Assembly (NCBI GenBank): GCA_032718475.1
Contig: JAUCBJ010000971.1
Location: forward strand, 1-49,174
Length of the DNA stretch: 49,174 bases
Direction: 5' to 3'
Source of the DNA: Nemertoderma westbladi
Lineage: Eukaryota; Animalia; Xenacoelomorpha
A program made the translations under genes and the position numbers. This document shows, piece by piece, positions 42,774-49,174 of this stretch. Position 1 is the stretch's first letter. Each line of letters begins with the position of its first letter. The notes beneath the pieces are model-generated. The model saw only the letters and a program-made list of their open reading frames with translations. It was not told the DNA's origin and did no database searches.

Positions 42774-43359
42774 TGTGACGGGATCAATGGATCCCGACCG
42801 GTTGTAGTTAGTACGCGTCACAGCGGGCTGATGGGTGGATATGATATAATATATATAAGGTCTGAGTTCGGTGTTCAACTGAAGTATAATATTGTAATAT
42901 AGATGATAGCAATAATTGGTAGATACAGGTACCGGTAGGATAATGTATACAGCACCGCAACGACGGTCAAACTATGTGGCCGGTCCGCGGTAAACTAATC
43001 ACTGAGTAAACTGACCGGTAATGTGGTATGTAACATAATATATATTGGTTACTGCACTGTGGCCTTGCTACTCAGCTGATGCCTGCCCCCCCCCCCCCCC
43101 CATTGGCTACTAATCCACTTCACACCCTTTGCCCTGTGGGGGTGTTTCCCCCCCCCCCCCCCCCCGCTGCTGTTACTTCCCTTCTCCCTGGAGGCTTAAC
43201 CTCTGACCTCCATTGTGTGAGGCCCTCTGGGGTTTGTCGTCCCCGTTTTATTGGGGTGACACGAGGTTGATATTGGTAATCAACCTCGTGCTCCCAATAT
43301 TGCTTAGAGGCCTCGCTGGCCCAACTTTGTGGGGTGTTAGCGGAATTGATTCGCTAACA
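42774..43359 (-). repeat. 5' LTR of BEL/Pao element 2
   Basis: Direct repeat of 38770-39354, upstream of gag on the minus strand. Confidence 0.95.
43009..43044 (-). promoter_or_regulatory. Putative LTR core promoter: TATA box plus initiator
   Basis: Minus-strand TATATATT starts at 43044 and the Inr-like TCAGTT has its A at 43012 (32-nt spacing). Confidence 0.55.
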
Positions 43360-43444
43360 GTATTGACAGAAGGGAGGCCATGAGGAGGTAAATTGCCGTC
43401 ATACAAGGTATCGAGATTGTATTTCCAGGTATATCTTTTACCGC

Positions 43445-43597
43445 AGCCGCTAGCTGAATGGTTAGAGCGTCAGACTTCCAACCCGGGGGTCACCAGTTCG
43501 ATCCCACCTGGACGTCATTGCCGACTTTGCAAAAGCTGTGCCCAACAAAAGGTTATAATAATATGAAACCACTCATTCACCCATAACACCAATATTG
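43445..43597 (+). mobile_element. tRNA-derived SINE
   Basis: A box TAGCTGAATGG and B box GTTCGATCCC in a tRNA-like head, followed by a non-tRNA body shared with 14289-14445. Confidence 0.8.
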
Positions 43598-43839
43598 AGT
43601 TACATGGATGAGTGAACAAATAATGTATGTAGTATGTTGAGGCCGAGTAAATACTGCGTATTGTTAGCTAAGAGCTCACTTATTTATATATGCAATAAAT
43701 AGGAGGTGGAAGTTATTTATGCTGTAGAGTAGAAGAGGGGCAATAAACTCTAATAGGGGAACCTTTACAGCTGGGTGATTGCTTTGATTAAGTGTAGAGA
43801 TGACTACTGTGCTAACGGTACTGTAGATTAACCAGATGT

Positions 43840-45139
43840 TGTGGGGCGAGCCACGAAGTTGGCGGAGCCTTAGCGAATTGACACTGTTAGGGGGTGGGTC
43901 AATTTATGCAAATAGTTGTCGTCGTCGTCGTTGTCGTCGTCGTCGTCGTCGTCGTTGTCGTCGTCGTTACGATTTTGACATGCTAATAACTTTGTCGGAT
44001 TTAAAGCTGCCAAGTTGAAAATTTGTAGGTATCAATATGAGCAAAAGTTGAGATTTTTGAGAGACTTTCAGACACCATCAGTGCAATGGTCTCCCGCTAG
44101 AGGGCCACATGTCTAAACATTAAATGCCCTCCCATTTCTTTGCTTTTAATCCGTTTAAGCTGAAACTTGGCAGATATGTATTAGACCATTAGCTGTGACT
44201 TTCAAAGGAGGCGAATCCATCTGCAGTTCTCCAGTCTGCCGCTAGAGGGCCAAAGGTCTGAAAGTGAAATCGTTGTCGTCGTTACGATTTTGACATGCTA
44301 ATAACTTTGTCGGATTTAAAGCTGCCAAGTTGAAAATTTGTAGGTATCAATATGAGCTAAAGTTGAGATTTTTGAGAGACTTTCAGACACCATCAGTGCA
44401 ATGGTCTCCCGCTAGAGGGCCACATGTCTAAACATTAAATGCCCTCCCATTTCTTTGCTTTTAATCCGTTTAAGCTGAAACTTGGCAGATATGTATTAGA
44501 CCATTAGCTGTGACTTTCAAAGGAGGCGAATCCATCTGCAGTTCTCCAGTCTGCCGCTAGAGGGCCAAATGTCTGAAAGTGAAATCGTTGTCGTCGTTAT
44601 GATATTGACATGCTTATAACTTTGTCGAATTTAAAGCTGCCAAGTTGAAAATTTGTTTTGTTGAAAATCAGTTCAACAGTCACCCGCTATAGGACTACTT
44701 TATGCCTGAAAGTGAATAGATTCTCCCGTCTCATTGATTTTAATCAGTTTAAGCTGAATCTTGCCATATATTCTGGACCACATGCTGCGTCTTTGTGGGG
44801 GGGGGGGGGGGGGGGGGAGATTTAATCGGTCTGCCGCTATACGACGAAATTTCTGAAAGTGAGATCCGTCTCTCATTTCGTTATCCGTTATTCAAGATGA
44901 AACTTGGCCGATGTACGTATGTACTATTCATCCATAGGCTGTGTCTTTGTGGGGCTGGAGACCCTAATCCATCTTCAGTTCTCACTATACCGCTAGAGTC
45001 AGAAATGTCTGAATAGAAATGAAAGAGGTAAAAAGTGATTAGGCGAAATCTGCTTAAAATTTGCTAATACAGTAATACTTTCGAATTAGTACTTAAATTA
45101 AATTTAAGTCACGTGCTGCGCGAAGGCCCCACTTCGTGT
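43840..45139 (+). mobile_element. HINE/DINE-1-like non-autonomous element, same family as 8726-10278
   Basis: 5' end is nearly identical to the reverse complement of 10020-10278; (GTC)n; internal ~310-bp duplication; shared 3' end GCGCGAAGGCCCCACTTCGTGT. Confidence 0.8.
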
Positions 45140-46054
45140 ATTTAATGTGTCAGAGTGTCCAAAGAAAGGGCCCTTAAGTTCAAATACCAAATTGGGATCT
45201 TTATGATAATTTTTGACCATGTTAAGACGAAATTTATTTAGAAGATCCGTGATATATGCGAATTTACAAAGCGGAGTAAATCGATGTTTTAAAGTTCAGC
45301 AAATCTAAAATCGAAGCTGGTATGCATGTCAACATTTCAGTACAGGATTTAAATTTCAAATTGGTTTCATGAACTTTCATTCAAAGATCTCTATTATGGC
45401 ATGTTCTAGGTTTTTTTCGGAGGCAATTCAACTGAACTAATTATAATACTACCAGGGATCAGGGAAACGAAAATACTACTTTTCACTGGGTCCAAATGGG
45501 TGGTGCCAGCACCAAAATTTAAACTTTTCGATTTCTTGGAATTTTATTAATTAGTATTAATTACATTTTTATAGCTTTTCTGTGGTAAAACACAAACAGA
45601 CCAATGTAACTACTAATTTTCACTATCAACAACCAAGTGATTACAATCAACAGCAAAATATAAATCCACTAGAAACATGTAAAATATATTAAACAAATAA
45701 TCTTACAAAATAGAATGTTAATCCGCTCAGCACAGAATACAGCGATATAATAATACACAGCAAACCGTATCACCCCATCCCAGCATACAAAGTGAATGTG
45801 AAAATTACACAGTGCGGGAAACTTGACGCAAATAACATCTCAGTGAATTAATATATCGCCTCAATGTTAAATTATGAACTAAGGGAAATGAACAGGTTAC
45901 AGAAACAGTGGCATGTTATTCTCACCAAAACAATAAACGAAAGTCAATAGAACAGGTTACAGTTTTAATTTGAGAGTAAACAGATGTTATTTGGGTCGAT
46001 TTTCAAAAGGAGAGGGATGAAGTTGACTGCATCGATAATATATTACTGATCGAA

Positions 46055-46362
46055 TTAAATAATGTTTCAAAACTGCATTATTTTGCTAAATATTATAGGT
46101 TGATTTAAAACATATATGTATGTTGAATTAATTTGCTTGATATTATTGCTTGTTTTAAATAAAACAGCAAGTATACTAAAGAGTGCACTACTGCATACAG
46201 TGAGAAGTGAAGCCTCAAGAGATCAGCTGGTTACCAGCTGATCTATTTAAAACAAGCTATAATTGCATTATTGGTTGAAATATTTCAACAGACATGTTTT
46301 AAATCAACCTATACAATAGAGTAATATTAAACAAAATAATGCAGTTTTTAAACATTATTAAT
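46055..46362. repeat. Long imperfect palindrome / hairpin-type MITE remnant
   Basis: AATAATGTTTCAAAACTGCATTATTTTG vs CAAAATAATGCAGTTTTTAAACATTATT; ATAGGTTGATTTAAAACAT vs ATGTTTTAAATCAACCTAT; internal palindrome AGATCAGCTGGTTACCAGCTGATCT. Confidence 0.7.
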
Positions 46363-47229
46363 GTGATGTTAATAGTAATATCAAGCGAAATAATTAAGTT
46401 GAATAACATTATTGAAAACGACCAATAATATAAATCGAAATATTTCAGCATGGCAAAAATAATTTAAAACGATCAATAATATCACTCGTATTAAATAATT
46501 GAAAATTGATACTGTATAAAATGTATGTCATAGAGGCGGGGCATTATTAATTATAGATCAAACATCACAAACATCAAGTATTATTAATAAAACTAAAATT
46601 TTAATTACCTTTGTAATATTCAGTATTAGAGTAAGTGAATTCATAACTACATAATTATAGCTTCATTAATTCGTAATATAAAGTTGGAATATCGCTATTT
46701 TTTGTTGCGAACGACGTAAAGGAAGTTTGTTGTCCATTAACGTATTTTTCTAGATAAGTTACATTATCATTAGGATGTTATTAAATTCTTATTGTTTGTT
46801 CTACAATCTCAAATTTAACAATAAGGTTCGTTTGTGGCGTGTCGTTAATCTACGCCTACTGTAAGTTATTAATTATTGTTATAAATTTGACAACAAAATC
46901 ACTACCACGGTATGTGTTACATTGTTTACATCGTTACAGAAGGTTACTAATTCAATATAGTACTTTACTAAGCCATTAAATGTGTTACTAATTTCTTACA
47001 ACGGATTACTAAATTCGTTACCATGTAAAACTAATTCTGTAAACAGTGGCCTACTATTTCTTGTTACCATGGGTCACAAATTATTACAAATAAGTTACTA
47101 CATATGATATACTAATTCGGTATACAGTGCCTACTACTAATTGGTTTCGAATGGTACTAATTTGTTACCTTTGGTTACGAATTGTTTCCATAGTGATATA
47201 GTATATTAGCACATTAGCCTACAACATCT

Positions 47230-48582
47230 GCCAGGACCCCAGGAGAAGTACATACAAGACAAAATTGAAGAAATTACAACTGCTCACATAGACAGCAACA
47301 ATCAAGACTTAACAACTGACAAACTGTAAATGAGGTATCTGGTCGGAAAAGTTGTGCTAATGAGTGCCGAAAAGCTAATACAGTAGTCCTGAAGAACGTG
47401 TTGGAAAATTGAAGGATCACTTCATCAACTTGCTTGGGCAGACACCAAACCAAACGAAAGATCAACCCTACAAGGAAAATATATGACAAGACACTACCTA
47501 TAGAAACAGGGAGCTTCACACATGCCGAACTCCAAAGAGCCATTACACGCATGTCCAATCATAAAACGAGTGGATTAGATGCAATCCCTGCAGAGGTATT
47601 TGTGCTAATCAGACCATTACTGGATGTTTGCAACCGGATGCTGAAAGGGGAAGAGCTACCACCAATTTGGACTAAAAGTCAACTAAAGCCACTCACCAAG
47701 AAAGGAGACCTCGGTGTACCAACAAACTATTATGGGATCTGTCTGCTTGTGGTAGCTCCCAAAATATACAATAAAATGATTCTATATAGAATTAGACCTC
47801 ACATAGAGAAACTACTGCGTAAGAGCCAAAACGGATTTCGACCTAATAGATCAACAATAGCTAGGGTACTTGCGTAACGGAAACTGATTGAGGGAATAAA
47901 GTCAAAGAATCTCCCCGCAGTCCTGACATTTGTGGACTTCTACCAAGACCGAATTCATGACTTTTAATGTTGATGGAAACTTGACAATAATTGATAATAA
48001 TCAACTAAGAAAGGTTGACGACTTCCAGTACCTCGGGTCATGGATAGAGAGTAGCAAAAAAGACATAGAGCATAGAGGTTAGGAAAGCAAAGGCATGTGT
48101 AGCACTATCAAAAATGGATAACATCTGAAAATCAGACCTCTCCAGGCACCTGAAGACTAAGTTATTTCGAACCGCAGTGGAAAGTGTATTTTTATACGGG
48201 GGTGAGACTGCACTGCATTGAAACTGCACGCTGAGTTGTTATGTCAGCTTAACAAAAATATTTTGTCACCACCATGCAGGCTTTATGGTATAATACCACC
48301 TGTATCAATCACCCTCAAAATGGAGATTAAGATTCAGTGGGAACTGTTGGAGAAGTAAACACGAGGTCATTCCAGATCTACTTTTCTGGCAACCAACACA
48401 AGGAAAACTTATCCATGGACTAGAAAACTGTCTAAAACATATATAGACCAAGTTGAAAGCTGGACTGGAAAGCCAAACTGGACTTGAGAGAAAATAAATT
48501 GTGATAATTATGGAGAATCAAGAAGCTGGGAAAGATCTCATTTCCACTGTTCGAGTTTACTTCACCTAGTAGTAGTAGTAGT
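47230..48582 (+). pseudogene. Degenerate RTE-like LINE with internal deletion of the RT core and (AGT)n 3' tail
   Basis: KTSGLDAIPAEVF...KKGDLGVPTNYYGICLL...KIYNKMILYRIRPHIEKLLRKSQNGFRPNRST; LPAVLTFVDF; KVDDFQYLGSWI; several stops and frameshifts; TAGTAGTAGTAGTAGTA tail. Confidence 0.88.
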
Positions 48583-49174
48583 ACACTATAATAATGTATT
48601 TGGCAAATATAAATAAATAAAATTATCATAACCTTAGTGATTAATCAATAGCCTTTTATAGTCAGCCCATAAGATATGTTAATCTTAGAAGTTCCAATAT
48701 AAGTTGTCTCTGCATTGTCAAGGATGACAGTGCATAGCGTACATCACAGGGAGAAAGACAACACAACCTAACACATAAGAAGGATACACAGCACCAGCAC
48801 CAGATTTCAGAAGATCTCACTAACAGTGATAGCAAAGCGATGAACAGCGAAAGTTCTACTGCTGCGCAGAAAAGTCAATTCTTCTGAGTTACCCAACTGG
48901 GATGATTTTCAGATCCTAGAGAGCTGTTAGATGATCCATGTGCCCCTTTCCCTCTACGGATGACAGGTCTTCTGCTGAACTCATTATCTGTGATCTTTGT
49001 TAGTAAAAGAGGAACATGGGACGCCAGATAGAACAATGGATTAAAGGGCACAGTTTATGGGGTGTGAACAAAGGATTGCCAATCCATTAGTGAATTTGTA
49101 TATATATCCTTACATGGATTGGGTGTCCTAAAGTTAGGAGTCAGCATGATGCAGGAGGTCGAAATCTAAAGATC

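Larger units (their letters stand above)
38770..43359 (-). mobile_element. Non-autonomous BEL/Pao LTR retrotransposon (4.6 kb) with decayed gag-protease
   Basis: About 585-bp TG...CA LTRs (38770-39354, 42774-43359), near-identical. 5-bp TSD GTATT (38765-38769, 43360-43364). PPT GGGGGGCAG on the minus strand at 39355-39363. Confidence 0.95.

Noticed and set aside
42103-42807. 234-aa plus-strand ORF and other antisense ORFs over gag, ACTL6 and the accessory gene
   Set aside because: These are shadow ORFs opposite genuine coding frames and have no independent motifs.
43445-43520. Functional tRNA gene
   Set aside because: The acceptor stem does not pair well, and the downstream body is shared with a truncated dispersed copy, indicating a SINE.

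Overview
Repeat-rich eukaryotic (most likely invertebrate animal) genomic DNA. Two host genes lie on the minus strand: a two-exon actin-related protein ACTL6/BAF53/Arp4 gene (17008-16202 + 13569-13063, about 437 aa) and an intronless PAQR7/8-type membrane progestin receptor gene (21064-22038). The rest is mostly mobile DNA: two young non-autonomous BEL/Pao LTR retrotransposons (22761-35605 on +, 38770-43359 on -, each with a 5-bp TSD and near-identical LTRs), a foldback/MULE-like element with a 9-bp TSD, a non-autonomous Helitron, three Helentron/HINE-like elements, a Harbinger-like MITE, tRNA-derived SINEs, LINE fragments and several minisatellites. Most notable: (1) neither BEL/Pao element has a tRNA-type PBS; in both, the bases abutting the 5' LTR are complementary to a segment inside their own LTR, the geometry of Tf1-like self-primed reverse transcription; (2) the larger element has lost RT/integrase but keeps an intact 733-aa non-env extra ORF with Air1/2-like zinc knuckles and a basic tail, preceded by a long RNA hairpin; (3) both ends of ACTL6 exon 2 (the splice acceptor and the stop codon) have been amplified into minisatellites. 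All homology calls come from motif recognition by eye, not from database searches.
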